From: a virus
Taxonomy: Duplodnaviria > Caudoviricetes
Strand: one strand, 5' to 3'
Virus record (IMG/VR): IMGVR_UViG_3300021400_001366
Coordinates: 32,001-96,000 of that record
Length of the DNA: 64,000 nucleotides
Below the pieces are notes generated by a model, which saw only the letters and a list, made by a program, of their open reading frames with translations, was not told the DNA's origin and ran no database searches. This document shows, in pieces, positions 39,381 through 49,796 of this stretch; the stretch's first letter is position 1, and each line of letters opens with the position of its first letter. Position numbers and translations under genes: made by a program.

Positions 39381-39417
39381 AATACTTAATGACAGATTCG
39401 GCCTGATGTGATATAAT
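39381..39417 (+). promoter_or_regulatory. promoter with conserved AATACTTAATGACAGA element
   Basis: ATGACA-17 bp-TATAAT with TG. Confidence 0.7.
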
Positions 39418-39445
39418 ATTACTGTAAACAAGAGAGGGCGACAAA

Positions 39446-40081
39446 ATGTCAAAAACACTGTTTAACTGGATCGGCGCTGACTGGCGTCGTGTCAAGAACC
39501 ATTGTCGGACAACCGACAATAAAGACTTCACTGAGAAGGAACCAACGCGAGAGTTTAAGCGTAAACTGCTTATCTCCGAACATTCACCGATTCGTCTGCT
39601 TGAGTTCGACTGGTCGTGGAAACAAATCTTTTATTGGCTGTCAACCGAATGGAGCCGCCACAAGTTCGAAAAGTTTATCTCAACCCAGCGCGACGATAGG
39701 CTAAAGGATGAAACGCCTCGCGGCAAGAAACCGCAGGATGCCCTTGTCAACTTCGATGGCTACGCCAACATGCAGAACCTTATTGATGCTTGGCGCAAGA
39801 GATTCTGCGGCGCGGCTACCGATGAAGCCAGGGAACTAGCGGAGGACTTTAAAGTTGAGCTTCATAAGACACACCCGGAAGAAGCTGATGTGCTTCAACC
39901 TAATTGCATCTACCGTGCTGGCTGTCCTGAGTTTAAGACCTGCGGACGTTTCCATACGTTTGTGAAATGGGTGAACGAAAACAAGGACATAGAGCCAAAC
40001 TGGATGATGGATATTCAGAAGCGTTACGATCTGTTTAATGAGTATTTCTATTCCGTGGTAAAAGGCAATGAGAACGATTGA
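39446..40081 (+). CDS. thyX: flavin-dependent thymidylate synthase (ThyX-like, divergent)
   Basis: EHSPIR, SRHK, STQR, KRFC and PNCIYRAGCPE; nucleotide-metabolism context. Confidence 0.7.
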   Translation: MSKTLFNWIGADWRRVKNHCRTTDNKDFTEKEPTREFKRKLLISEHSPIRLLEFDWSWKQIFYWLSTEWSRHKFEKFISTQRDDRLKDETPRGKKPQDALVNFDGYANMQNLIDAWRKRFCGAATDEARELAEDFKVELHKTHPEEADVLQPNCIYRAGCPEFKTCGRFHTFVKWVNENKDIEPNWMMDIQKRYDLFNEYFYSVVKGNEND

Positions 40082-40304
40082 AAACCAATGCGTTGGTTGT
40101 GAGACTTGTACTTTGGGTAGCGGTTGTCCGCTGCTCAAAGTCGAAGTCATTGAATGTGATTCATGCGGCGATCCTGCCGAATACCATATTGACGATGGCG
40201 ACTATTGCGAAAGATGTGCTATTGAATATTTAGACAGGGTGTTCAATGAATGTACTATCGACGAAATGGCTGAAATGCTGGATTGCCATTTGGAACGACT
40301 CTAG
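40068..40304 (+). CDS. Cys-rich small protein
   Basis: multiple CxxC pairs. Confidence 0.6.
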   Translation: MRTIENQCVGCETCTLGSGCPLLKVEVIECDSCGDPAEYHIDDGDYCERCAIEYLDRVFNECTIDEMAEMLDCHLERL

Positions 40305-40314
40305 GAGGTGGGAT

Positions 40315-40878
40315 ATGATTGTAGTTGTTGGTGAATCTGGGAGCGGCAAAACGTCGCTGGTAAATGCATTTTGCGAGAAACATCCAGAATACAAGCGTGT
40401 TGTTACATATACTACCAGACCAATGCGCGAATGTGAAGTGGATGGCGTTGACTACAACTTTGTTTCCATAAATCAGTTCCTGGACATGATTGAAGAAAAC
40501 AAATTTGTGGAACACAACATGTATCGCGGATGGTACTATGGCACGTCGCTTGATGGTGTGAATTGGCCGCTGGATAACGTGATTGCCGTCCTTACTCCCG
40601 CTGGCTTGCGTGAACTTATGCGCACGGCAAAGGGGAGTCATAATAGGACTCTGGTTTCGGTATATTTGGATGTTGACAGACGGTCAAGGTTAATCAAGAT
40701 GCTTGAACGCGGAGATGACATCGAAGAAGCATATCGCAGAAACCTTTCTGATGTAGGCCAGTTTGACGGAATTAAGAAAGAAGTCGATCATTATATCATA
40801 AACTATCGTTATATGCGCAACATTAACGATCTTGTAGCTATATTTGAAGCGATAATCGGGGTGCAAGATGGCGTTTAA
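40315..40878 (+). CDS. gmk: guanylate kinase-like
   Basis: GESGSGKT, TTRPMR, DGVDYNF, YYGT. Confidence 0.9.
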   Translation: MIVVVGESGSGKTSLVNAFCEKHPEYKRVVTYTTRPMRECEVDGVDYNFVSINQFLDMIEENKFVEHNMYRGWYYGTSLDGVNWPLDNVIAVLTPAGLRELMRTAKGSHNRTLVSVYLDVDRRSRLIKMLERGDDIEEAYRRNLSDVGQFDGIKKEVDHYIINYRYMRNINDLVAIFEAIIGVQDGV

Positions 40879-41302
40879 GATTTATACTGCTGGCAAAATG
40901 AGTGGGATCTCGTTCAGTCAGCAGATGGATTGGAGAAACAAAGTTGAACGCGAGTTGCTAAAACTCACAGATGAACCGGTCAAATTCATTCATCCTCCGC
41001 TCTATTTCAATTATGAATGTGACCTCCACAAAACCGAAGCCGAGATTAAGACCTGGGAGCTTAACCAGATCAGAGATTGTGATATTGTCGTGGTGAATCT
41101 GAATGGCATAGATTCCACGATTGGCACACATTTTGAACTTGGTTTTGTTGATGCTGTGAACACGTTCGGTAACAAGCATATCTATGTTGTCGGTATAGGG
41201 GATGGCAAAAATCTGCATCCGTGGATTGAACTATCTATGTTGCGGATTGAGCCGACTATTGAAGCGGCGTGTTCTTACATATCCCAATACCTTTTTATCT
41301 GA
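40868..41302 (+). CDS. nucleoside 2-deoxyribosyltransferase-like
   Basis: IYTAG, CDIVVV, STIGTHFELG. Confidence 0.8.
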   Translation: MAFKIYTAGKMSGISFSQQMDWRNKVERELLKLTDEPVKFIHPPLYFNYECDLHKTEAEIKTWELNQIRDCDIVVVNLNGIDSTIGTHFELGFVDAVNTFGNKHIYVVGIGDGKNLHPWIELSMLRIEPTIEAACSYISQYLFI

Positions 41303-41601
41303 GGTGCAAATCCATGATAGTTCAAGCAGCTTGCCGGATAAGCATTGATAAAATAGATGAAATTCAGGTAATACCACTACATAGACATGGCGACATCAAT
41401 CTGATTCTCAAGGCTTTTGGATTTAAGCCAGGCAAAGGTTATCAAATCTTAGAACAGGGCTTTATTGATGAACATGGCAATTTCTATAACAGGAAGTCAG
41501 CATTGAAACATGTGAATGACATAGGCCAACAATGTCTGCTTGGCAATTTTGGTACTGACGAATTGTATAGTGAGGACTTGTATTAAAGGAAAGTGATTTA
41601 A

Positions 41602-43785
41602 TTGCTAGTTATTAAACGCGATGGCCGTGTAGTTCAGTATGAACGCGGCAAGGTATCAAATGCCATTCTGAAGGCATTTGCAGAAGTAAATGGTAAGATC
41701 GATGCAAAAGCTAAAAATATAGCCGAAAGCATTGAACTGTATGTTGAATCTCTGGATAAAGATATTACCGTCGAAGAGATTCAAGATATTATCGAACAGA
41801 AGCTGATGGCAAGCGAGTATAAGCAAGTCGCCAAGTGCTTCATCATCTACAGGAATGATCGTAGCCGTATTCGGCAGCAAAAGAGCGATCTAATGCGTAG
41901 AGTGAGAACAAAGCTGATGGCTGATGAAGTTGAGAATCAGAACGCAAACGTAGATGAAAGATCATTCGGCGGTAGGATTGGTGCTGTCAGCAGCGAGGTC
42001 ATGAAGGAATATGCTCTAAATGAGTGCATGTCTAAAATGGCAAAAAAGAATCACATCAACAACGAGATTTATATTCACGACCTCGACCATTACGCGGCAG
42101 GAGATCATAACTGTCTTTCAATTCCGTTCGACGATCTTCTTGCTAATGGGTTCAACACAAGGCAAACGGATGTTCGTCCTGCACAGTCGGTAAGCACTGC
42201 GTTTCAGCTTGTAGCTGTGATCTTCCAATTGCAGAGTCTCCAACAGTTTGGCGGTGTCTCAGCTACCCATATCGATCATACAATGGTTCCGTATGTGAGG
42301 AAGAGCTTTTACAAGCACTATATGGATGGCCTGAAATATATTGAAGGTTTAGAGGATAAGGGTATTTATTTCCCGTCTGAGACTCCTATTGATGATAAGA
42401 GTATCTATATACATGAGAAATCATATGATTACGCTATGGATATGACCACCAAGGAAGTGTATCAGGCGGTTGAGGGAATGTACCATAACTTGAATACACT
42501 CCAATCGCGTTCAGGAAATCAGTTGCCGTTTACATCAATTAATTATGGAACATGTACAAAGCCAGAAGGTCGTATGGTTACTAAAGCACTTCTCGATGTT
42601 TCCATCAAGGGCATTGGTAAGCTGCATAAGACATCAATCTTCCCGTGCGGTATCTTCCAGTGTATGGCCGGTGTAAATCGAAAGCCTGGCGAACCGAACT
42701 ATGACTTATTCAAGCTGGCGCTGAAGTCAACGTCCTTACGCCTTTACCCGAATTATGCCAATGTTGATTGGTCAAACAATGCTGGTTATGATGTAAACGA
42801 TCCTGCAACATATTTTAGCACGATGGGATGTCGCACGGCAAATGGTGCTGATATTAATGCCGATCCCGGTGTTAATCCGCAGCGTAAGGATGGGCGCGGC
42901 AATATTTGTCCTGTCACGATAATAATGCCTACGCTGGCAATGGAAGCAGACCGCAACGTTGAAAAGTTTATGGCGCTACTTGACAAGAAGATCAACGAAG
43001 CCAAGGATATGCTCATTGAGCGCTATAAGTACATTTGCTCTCAGTCTCCAGAGTCAGCTAAGTTCATGTACGAAAATCACGTTATGGGCGGGTATGATGG
43101 CAAAACGGTTGAATCCGCGATGAAGCATGGGACTCTTGTAATCGGTCAGCTTGGCCTAGCAGAGACTCTGCAAATTCTTATTGGTTGTGACCATAGAGAA
43201 GAAAAGGGAATGGAGCTGGCGAAGAAGATCGAACAGTTGTTTAAAGACCGCTGCGCAGAGTTCAAAAAGGAGTATCATCTGAACTTTGGTGTTTACTATA
43301 CACCTGCCGAGAATCTTTGTTTTACCGCAATGAAGCGATTCAAAGAGAAGTATGGCGAAATCCCGAATGTTTCAGATAGAAAGTTCTTCACAAATTCAAT
43401 CCATGTTCCTGTTTGGGCTGATGTAAATCCGTTTGAAAAGATCGACATTGAGTCGCAATTAACCGGCTACTCCAATGCTGGCTGTATCACCTACGTCGAA
43501 CTTAGTTCAAGCATTAAGAATAATCTTGAGGCGCTGGAACAGTTGGTTAATTACGCTATGGATCATGACATTCCGTATTTCGCCGTGAATGTGCCGAATG
43601 ATATGTGCATGAATTGCGGTTATACTGACGAGATCGGTGAAAACTGTCCGATGTGTGGTAGCAAGAATATCCAAAGGTTGCGTCGCGTAACGGGCTACCT
43701 CACAGGAAACTACACAACAGCTTTTAACGAGGGCAAGCAACAGGAAGTCGAAATGCGGGTGAAGCATCATAATGAACGAATTTAG
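41602..43785 (+). CDS. nrdD: anaerobic ribonucleoside-triphosphate reductase
   Basis: ATP cone VIKRDG, IYIHD, MGCRT, TPAE, CxxC...CxxC, RRVTGYL. Confidence 0.96.
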   Translation: MLVIKRDGRVVQYERGKVSNAILKAFAEVNGKIDAKAKNIAESIELYVESLDKDITVEEIQDIIEQKLMASEYKQVAKCFIIYRNDRSRIRQQKSDLMRRVRTKLMADEVENQNANVDERSFGGRIGAVSSEVMKEYALNECMSKMAKKNHINNEIYIHDLDHYAAGDHNCLSIPFDDLLANGFNTRQTDVRPAQSVSTAFQLVAVIFQLQSLQQFGGVSATHIDHTMVPYVRKSFYKHYMDGLKYIEGLEDKGIYFPSETPIDDKSIYIHEKSYDYAMDMTTKEVYQAVEGMYHNLNTLQSRSGNQLPFTSINYGTCTKPEGRMVTKALLDVSIKGIGKLHKTSIFPCGIFQCMAGVNRKPGEPNYDLFKLALKSTSLRLYPNYANVDWSNNAGYDVNDPATYFSTMGCRTANGADINADPGVNPQRKDGRGNICPVTIIMPTLAMEADRNVEKFMALLDKKINEAKDMLIERYKYICSQSPESAKFMYENHVMGGYDGKTVESAMKHGTLVIGQLGLAETLQILIGCDHREEKGMELAKKIEQLFKDRCAEFKKEYHLNFGVYYTPAENLCFTAMKRFKEKYGEIPNVSDRKFFTNSIHVPVWADVNPFEKIDIESQLTGYSNAGCITYVELSSSIKNNLEALEQLVNYAMDHDIPYFAVNVPNDMCMNCGYTDEIGENCPMCGSKNIQRLRRVTGYLTGNYTTAFNEGKQQEVEMRVKHHNERI

Positions 43786-44311
43786 ATATGCTGGTATAGA
43801 AACATTCGACATCAATAACGGGACTGGCTTTGGGGTAACATTATTTGTTCAGGGTTGTTCGCATCACTGCAAAGGATGCCACAACCCGACAACATGGGAT
43901 TTCAATGGCGGCGAATCCCTAGACCCTGTTACTCTTTCAAAACTGTTTTCAACATTGCAAGACCCAAATATAAAAAGGTTGACCATTTCTGGCGGTGAGC
44001 CGTTCGACAACATATGCTTGGTCAATGCAATTTGCAAGCGCGTGAAAACAGAAGCGCCAGATATTTCAATTTGGATTTATACGGGTTATACGTTTGAAGA
44101 TATTATTCAGAATGACGAGCGCAAATCCATCTTAAAATACTGCGATGTACTTGTTGATGGCGAGTTTGTATTAGAACGCAGAGATTTGTCTTTACCATTC
44201 AGAGGAAGCTCAAATCAGAGGGTTATAGATATTCCTACGACATTGCAATCTGGAACTATTACGAAAAGGAAATTTATCGGTGATGGAAATGATGCTTCTA
44301 AAGAACATTAA
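43772..44311 (+). CDS. nrdG: anaerobic RNR activating radical-SAM protein
   Basis: GCSHHCKGCHN, SGGEP, DGEF, FRGSSNQ. Confidence 0.96.
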   Translation: MNEFRYAGIETFDINNGTGFGVTLFVQGCSHHCKGCHNPTTWDFNGGESLDPVTLSKLFSTLQDPNIKRLTISGGEPFDNICLVNAICKRVKTEAPDISIWIYTGYTFEDIIQNDERKSILKYCDVLVDGEFVLERRDLSLPFRGSSNQRVIDIPTTLQSGTITKRKFIGDGNDASKEH

Positions 44312-44534
44312 AGATATTGAAGCATTGGTACGGGCTATTAACGAGTGCAAGGGCGATGTGCTCTTGCGCTCCACCGTAAGCAATGAAGAGTTCAATATGA
44401 AAAGCCAGTTGTCGCGCTATGTGGCGATTGGTGAACTATGCAAGGAACACGGTGACGAGTGGGAAATCTACTGCATGGATCGTAACGACGAAGGGCGCAT
44501 GTTGCAGTTTTTCTATGAGATCAAAGGAGAATGA
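44280..44534 (+). CDS. small HPr-fold-like protein
   Basis: INECKGDVLL...NMKSQLS resembles the HPr Ser46 region. Confidence 0.4.
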   Translation: MMEMMLLKNIKDIEALVRAINECKGDVLLRSTVSNEEFNMKSQLSRYVAIGELCKEHGDEWEIYCMDRNDEGRMLQFFYEIKGE

Positions 44535-44995
44535 GAATGGTTAAGAGTGGAGATACTATTATTCTGCGTAAGCCTATGGGCGCGTTTACCAATGTTGGCG
44601 AAAAGTGTAAGGTACAAAGTGTGATTGATGGCGTAATTAATTTCACATTTGGCGGCGGCTTGCATCTGGGCTGCATGTCGGCAGACGAATTAGAAAAGTA
44701 TTTTACGGTATGTAAAGCGCCGACCATTACCGATGATGACATTGAAGATATTATCGAACACACCAAGTTTAAGACCTTCACGGTTTTCGACAAGTGTACT
44801 GTCGTAGTCGCGGAGCTGCCTAATGGCTTCATCCTTACCGAATCTTCTGCGTGTGTGTCGCCTGAGAATTATGACGCTGATGAAGGTTACGACATCTGCG
44901 TTGGTAAGATCGAAGATAAGATTTGGGAACTTGAAGGTTATCGGCTGCAACAGAAGGTGTACGAGGACAGCTTGAGAGTGTCAGATCGGGGTTAA
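44531..44995 (+). CDS. Gp49-family phage protein
   Basis: LPNGF...SACVSPENYD...IWELEGYRLQ. Confidence 0.75.
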   Translation: MRMVKSGDTIILRKPMGAFTNVGEKCKVQSVIDGVINFTFGGGLHLGCMSADELEKYFTVCKAPTITDDDIEDIIEHTKFKTFTVFDKCTVVVAELPNGFILTESSACVSPENYDADEGYDICVGKIEDKIWELEGYRLQQKVYEDSLRVSDRG

Positions 44996-44996
44996 T

Positions 44997-45885
44997 ATGC
45001 CAAGACCAAAGAAGGATGCATGGCTTGAGAATTGTTTTCGGTGCTGGAATTGCATCAAAACAAAATACCTTGAAGATGGCAAGGATAACGGCGCGGTCAG
45101 CTACCTTTGCTCATCAAGCGGACGGGAAGTTAAACCCTGGCAGATAGATGGCTGTAAAAAGTATCTCAAGGGTGAACCGCAGATCATAAAGGCAGGTGAG
45201 AAGCATGGTTAGAATTACCGCTGCGAGAGATATTCAAAAAGAAAATCAGCGCATGATTCCTGAAGGTGAAGAAGTAACGCTGATTGGTCATATCATGGAT
45301 GACGCTTACGAGATCGAATACAAGGGCGAGGCATATATCGTCCATGCAGACGATCTAAAGCGTGACATTAAAGTTTAACTAGGATGGTGGTTGTGTGTCG
45401 ATTCAGGTGAAGTGCTTCGAGTGGAAGCCCGGTGAAAATGATATAGAATACATAAAGCTACTCAAGAGACATATGGACGATTGGGAAGGAATAGCGAAGA
45501 AAGCTATATCTAGACTTAGGACTACGTGCCGTCCGGGCCAATGGAACTCGCATGGAAGATGTTCTGTGTGTAATTCGCCGTATGCAGTTGAAAGCTGGGA
45601 TGGCGACATTACATTAAGCGAACAAAAGTTCTGCTATCATTGCGGTGCTGCTATGGATATGGAGGATGACGGATGGAGAATTATACAGCCAAAGAGTTGA
45701 TTGGCATGTTGTCTGGGGCTATCGAAACTTTGGATAGTGCGCGTAAGCTCATTGAAGAACAAAACGCAGAGATTGTGAAGTTAAAGTCGGATGTCGCCGC
45801 CTACAAGGAGTCATGGGAAAGCCTAACCAACGATCTTATCAAGATGCACAGGCAGATTTACGATAACAAGATTTCGGAGAAGTAA
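44997..45885 (+). other. small hypothetical CDSs (44997-45212, ~45196-45378, 45395-45700, 45673-45885)
   Basis: packed ORFs. Confidence 0.55.
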
Positions 45886-45887
45886 CT

Positions 45888-46931
45888 ATGATCTATATTC
45901 CAGAAAAGATTAAGGTTGGCTATCAAAACCGCAAGGACACGTATACCGGCAAGCTGGCCTATGTGATTTACTATGACCGCTATGGAAAGCTCAGGAAAGA
46001 ACCTTCATGGAATAACTGGCGCGACGATAAGATTGAGCCAAACGAGTTTGACAACAGCCCAACAGAAGGATTTGTTCTGAACAAGAAGGTCGGCGGCTAT
46101 TGCTACCACTTCGACCAGCGTGATACATATGTTCGAGTATATGACCCTCGCGGTTTTGAATTTGAAATCTCCGTGCCTAATCTGCTGTACATTCTGGAAT
46201 ATGCTAACTCCATCAGGGGCAAAGGTCTTGAAGGTGAATTTGTATATGGCTGGGACGGGACTGAACTCGTCCTAGTCCCTACATCATCCGAGGATTACAA
46301 TAACAAAGAAAAGACCGAGGATGAACTATATCCGCTAGAATGTATTGCACCATCGAAGCTGCGTCCAGGATTCATGTATAGGTCTAAGTATGGTGAGATC
46401 GTATACATGGGTAAATTCGACTACTACAACTACAATGGTACGAAAACCGGCAAGAAGCATTTCTATTTTGCACATTGGAGTTGGAGCCGCGAACGTGCTG
46501 ATGAAAACTGGTATCTCCAGACGAGATCGCAGTTGAAACAAATCGTAACCGACCAGATTGGCGATACACCATTTGAGGGTTATTCTGAACTGGTCGATAA
46601 GATGGAAAGCAGCCAAGAGTATTCGCCTATCGATAGGTCAAAGTGCAAGTACCGTCTGGCTACACCAGAAGAGTTTCATGACTTCATAAAAGGTTATCGT
46701 GGCACATTTTACTCACAGAATTATGAAAGCCCTATATTGATTCGTAACATAGATAGGTATCATTACAATGCTTACAGATGTGATACTAGAGAAATTATAA
46801 ATAAAAGCAAACCACTGCTAAATTGGGCTGAAAATGAAGCAGGAATTTACAACACTTTAAAACCGATGAAACTTGAATTTTATCTAGCAAATGGCAGGTT
46901 ATTCGACGCAAGATGGGAGATCATGAAATGA
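45888..46931 (+). CDS. conserved hypothetical phage protein
   Basis: KLAYVIYYD..GKLRKE, GFVLNKKVGG, YDPRGFEFEI. Confidence 0.75.
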   Translation: MIYIPEKIKVGYQNRKDTYTGKLAYVIYYDRYGKLRKEPSWNNWRDDKIEPNEFDNSPTEGFVLNKKVGGYCYHFDQRDTYVRVYDPRGFEFEISVPNLLYILEYANSIRGKGLEGEFVYGWDGTELVLVPTSSEDYNNKEKTEDELYPLECIAPSKLRPGFMYRSKYGEIVYMGKFDYYNYNGTKTGKKHFYFAHWSWSRERADENWYLQTRSQLKQIVTDQIGDTPFEGYSELVDKMESSQEYSPIDRSKCKYRLATPEEFHDFIKGYRGTFYSQNYESPILIRNIDRYHYNAYRCDTREIINKSKPLLNWAENEAGIYNTLKPMKLEFYLANGRLFDARWEIMK

Positions 46932-47332
46932 ATAATGACCAGAAGATCCTTGAACTGAAAAAGAAGATCGCAGAAGAAAGAAAAGCGCTTTCTGCGGTTT
47001 CAAAATTCCAACCGCTAACAACTTGCATTATTGAACAGTTTGGCATCAAGATCAATCTCAGGACATTGACCAATGCTCAGTTAAGGCTACTGTTTGTTGC
47101 AGTTAACGCCTTGATTAAATCCGCTGCCGAAGTCGAAATGACAAATGTCAAAATATCCGAGTTTACACTTGAGAATTGGCTTTCAGATGTCAAGGGGATG
47201 TTGGAACAACGCGAAACGGTTGAACGCAAGATTATGATTAACAAGCTGGAAGATAAACTTCAAAGCATGTTGTCAGACGAAAAGAAAACCGAACTTGAAA
47301 TTGAAAACATCGAGAAGCTGCTAAATCAATAA
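46928..47332 (+). CDS. coiled-coil hypothetical protein
   Basis: ATGA overlap with the previous gene. Confidence 0.65.
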   Translation: MNNDQKILELKKKIAEERKALSAVSKFQPLTTCIIEQFGIKINLRTLTNAQLRLLFVAVNALIKSAAEVEMTNVKISEFTLENWLSDVKGMLEQRETVERKIMINKLEDKLQSMLSDEKKTELEIENIEKLLNQ

Positions 47333-47388
47333 ACAAAGATGAATATATCCTACGATAATGGTCAAGGCTTTATTCGGGGAGGTAGGAT

Positions 47389-47523
47389 ATGGAAGAAAGC
47401 TCGAAAAACGCACTTACTAAGACAGCGCTACTCAACTACTATAATCAGGTTCTATATGATAATGGCTTAATCAGCGAAGATGAAAGAAACAGAATGTCAC
47501 GGTTAATCAATGAACGTAGTTGA
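47389..47523 (+). CDS. small SHOCT-like protein upstream of the recombinase
   Basis: GGAGG RBS; 44 aa with LYDNGLISEDE; too short for the ORF track. Confidence 0.6.
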   Translation: MEESSKNALTKTALLNYYNQVLYDNGLISEDERNRMSRLINERS

Positions 47524-47549
47524 CAAGAGTGTGCATGAGACATTATAAT
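47520..47549 (+). promoter_or_regulatory. sigmaA promoter of the serine recombinase
   Basis: TTGACA-18 bp-TATAAT. Confidence 0.7.
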
Positions 47550-47586
47550 ATAAACATGATACATCGAACAAAGTGAGGTGTAGACC

Positions 47587-49398
47587 GTGGACATATTTTC
47601 TACAAGGCAGCTACTCAGAACGATGTCGATCTATGATATTCCTCTGCGCGTGACGTTTTATGCCCGTGTTTCATCTGAAAGTGACGAACAGTTAAACTCG
47701 CTAGGCAACCAAGTTAGCTACTATGAAAACTTAATCAAGAAAAACTCGGCATGGACTTTCGTGCCGGGTTATATTGATGAGGGGCTATCTGGAATCTCTA
47801 CCAAGAAGCGTGAGAATTTTCACCGCATGGTATCTGATGGCAAGGATGGCCTCTTTGACTTGGTTATAACTAAAGAGATCACACGATTTGCGAGAAATAC
47901 TCTGGATTCAATTCAATACACCAGGCAGCTACTAAGTTATGGGGTTGCAGTATTCTTTCAGAATGACAATATCAATACTCTGGATGAGGACTCTGAACTT
48001 AGGCTTACCATCATGTCGGGCATTGCGCAGGATGAATTGCGCAAACTATCCAGCCGCGTGAAGTTTGGGCATCAGCAAGCGATCAAGTCAAAGGTCGTGC
48101 TTGGCAACAGCAGGATAGTTGGCTATAAAAAGGACAACAAAAGGCTAGTGATCGACGATGAACAAGCTCCGATGGTCAGGCTTTTGTTTGAAATGTATGC
48201 AACGGGTGAGTACAGCTTAAAACAGCTCGAAAACATTCTTTGGGATAAAGGATATAAAAACACGAAGGGTAACAAGATTTCACACGTTACCCTGTCCAAC
48301 ATTATCTCAAACCCGAAGTATAAGGGGTATTACGTCGGCAACAAAGTTAAGGTTATCGACATGTTCACCAAGAAGCAGAAGTTTTTGCCTAAAGAAGAAT
48401 GGGTGATGTTTAAAGACGAAACTGGCGAGATAGTTCCAGCTATTGTATCTGAAGAACTGTGGGATGCCGCCAATCAGGTGCTAAATAAGCGAAGCGCGGA
48501 CGTTAAGGCTCGGCAAGGTATATGCAATCACGATAATCTGTTCACAGGAAAGATATTTTGTACTTGCTGTAATATGCCGTATTACAGAAAAGAATCACAA
48601 GATAGGGACGGAAACAAAAACAGCAGATGGGTATGTTCTGGCAAGATCAGAAATGGAAAGCAATCATGCAAGTCGTTCGCCATTTATGAAAAAGACATTC
48701 AGCCATTGCTCTATGACGTGTTTAAAGACACAAAAGCCGACGCAGATCAGATTATCAATGAGTATATAAGGCTGTACTCTGAAATGACTAAAAACTCGGA
48801 GATACCAAACCTGATTGCTGAACAAGAAAAGATTGTTACCAATGCCAAAAGGAAAAAGGACAAGCTGTTGCAGCTCAATGTTGACGGCATGATTGACGAT
48901 GCTGATTTCAGGTCGATGATGAGCGAATGCAGTAAAGAAATGGATGAAGCCAGGATAAAGATAGTTGAACTTAAAGAGAAAACCTATGATAGCGATTCTT
49001 TTAATGAGAAGGTTAAAGAGATCAGACGAATACTAATGGACGCTCAGAAGGACGCTGGCAGCGGCGTGATTGACAAGCAGTTTGTTGATAAGTATATTGA
49101 TAAGATTTATGCGACGCCAATTAACGATTCGTCGATGCGTCTAGAGATCAAGATTTTTACCGGCGAAGTCACTGAAATGCTACTGAGCAAGCTGAAAGGT
49201 TCTACGGGTAACACGACCGATGAATCGCAGAAACCAGACAAATCCCCTGAAAATACAGGGGATTCGGATGATGATGATTCTATGGGTAACACGTTCTTAA
49301 ACAAAATACCCATACGAACTATTTTGCGTATTGCCACCGGCCATTATGTGAACGGCAAACTATCAAGCATTGAATATGGGGCTAGTATTAGAACTTAG
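47587..49398 (+). CDS. large serine recombinase (integrase-type)
   Basis: YARVSS catalytic Ser, YIDEGLSG, TRFARN, recombinase domain, CxxC zinc ribbon, coiled coil. Confidence 0.93.
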   Translation: MDIFSTRQLLRTMSIYDIPLRVTFYARVSSESDEQLNSLGNQVSYYENLIKKNSAWTFVPGYIDEGLSGISTKKRENFHRMVSDGKDGLFDLVITKEITRFARNTLDSIQYTRQLLSYGVAVFFQNDNINTLDEDSELRLTIMSGIAQDELRKLSSRVKFGHQQAIKSKVVLGNSRIVGYKKDNKRLVIDDEQAPMVRLLFEMYATGEYSLKQLENILWDKGYKNTKGNKISHVTLSNIISNPKYKGYYVGNKVKVIDMFTKKQKFLPKEEWVMFKDETGEIVPAIVSEELWDAANQVLNKRSADVKARQGICNHDNLFTGKIFCTCCNMPYYRKESQDRDGNKNSRWVCSGKIRNGKQSCKSFAIYEKDIQPLLYDVFKDTKADADQIINEYIRLYSEMTKNSEIPNLIAEQEKIVTNAKRKKDKLLQLNVDGMIDDADFRSMMSECSKEMDEARIKIVELKEKTYDSDSFNEKVKEIRRILMDAQKDAGSGVIDKQFVDKYIDKIYATPINDSSMRLEIKIFTGEVTEMLLSKLKGSTGNTTDESQKPDKSPENTGDSDDDDSMGNTFLNKIPIRTILRIATGHYVNGKLSSIEYGASIRT

Positions 49399-49411
49399 AG
49401 CGCAAAAATAC

Positions 49412-49432
49412 GGGGCTGCGATTGCAGCCCTT
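49412..49432. terminator. hairpin between convergent transcription units
   Basis: GGGCTGC-GATT-GCAGCCC followed by TTT. Confidence 0.6.
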
Positions 49433-49435
49433 TAC

Positions 49436-49780
49436 TTATGCCGCCAGTATATCGGCAATATCATTCTTAGACAACGCGCGAATAATCTTCATTTTCTGAG
49501 CGATTACCCAATTCACCTGGTCTGGAGCATAGTATACTATTTCGTAATCAGATACTTCACACTCAACCCAAACACGACGTTCGCCGCGCCGCAGATTGTC
49601 CTTGTATTTTGTAACATCCGGCTTTTCAAATCCATAGAAGCCTTTCTTATCATGGTAGTGTTTCGTTAGTATATACTCGGCAGTTACCCACTCGTCTATG
49701 TTGTACGGTTTACGACGATTGACGTTGATCGAGTATAGCATACCATCTGATTTGGTTCTCATAACTTTATACATTAGCAT
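49436..49780 (-). CDS. hypothetical protein
   Basis: GGAGG RBS before MLMYKVMR. Confidence 0.6.
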   Translation of the reverse strand: MLMYKVMRTKSDGMLYSINVNRRKPYNIDEWVTAEYILTKHYHDKKGFYGFEKPDVTKYKDNLRRGERRVWVECEVSDYEIVYYAPDQVNWVIAQKMKIIRALSKNDIADILAA

Positions 49781-49796
49781 TTTATCCAACCTCCAA

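Noticed and set aside
49399-49436. attP site next to the serine recombinase
   Set aside because: Only a terminator-like hairpin is visible; att sites cannot be supported without the host sequence.
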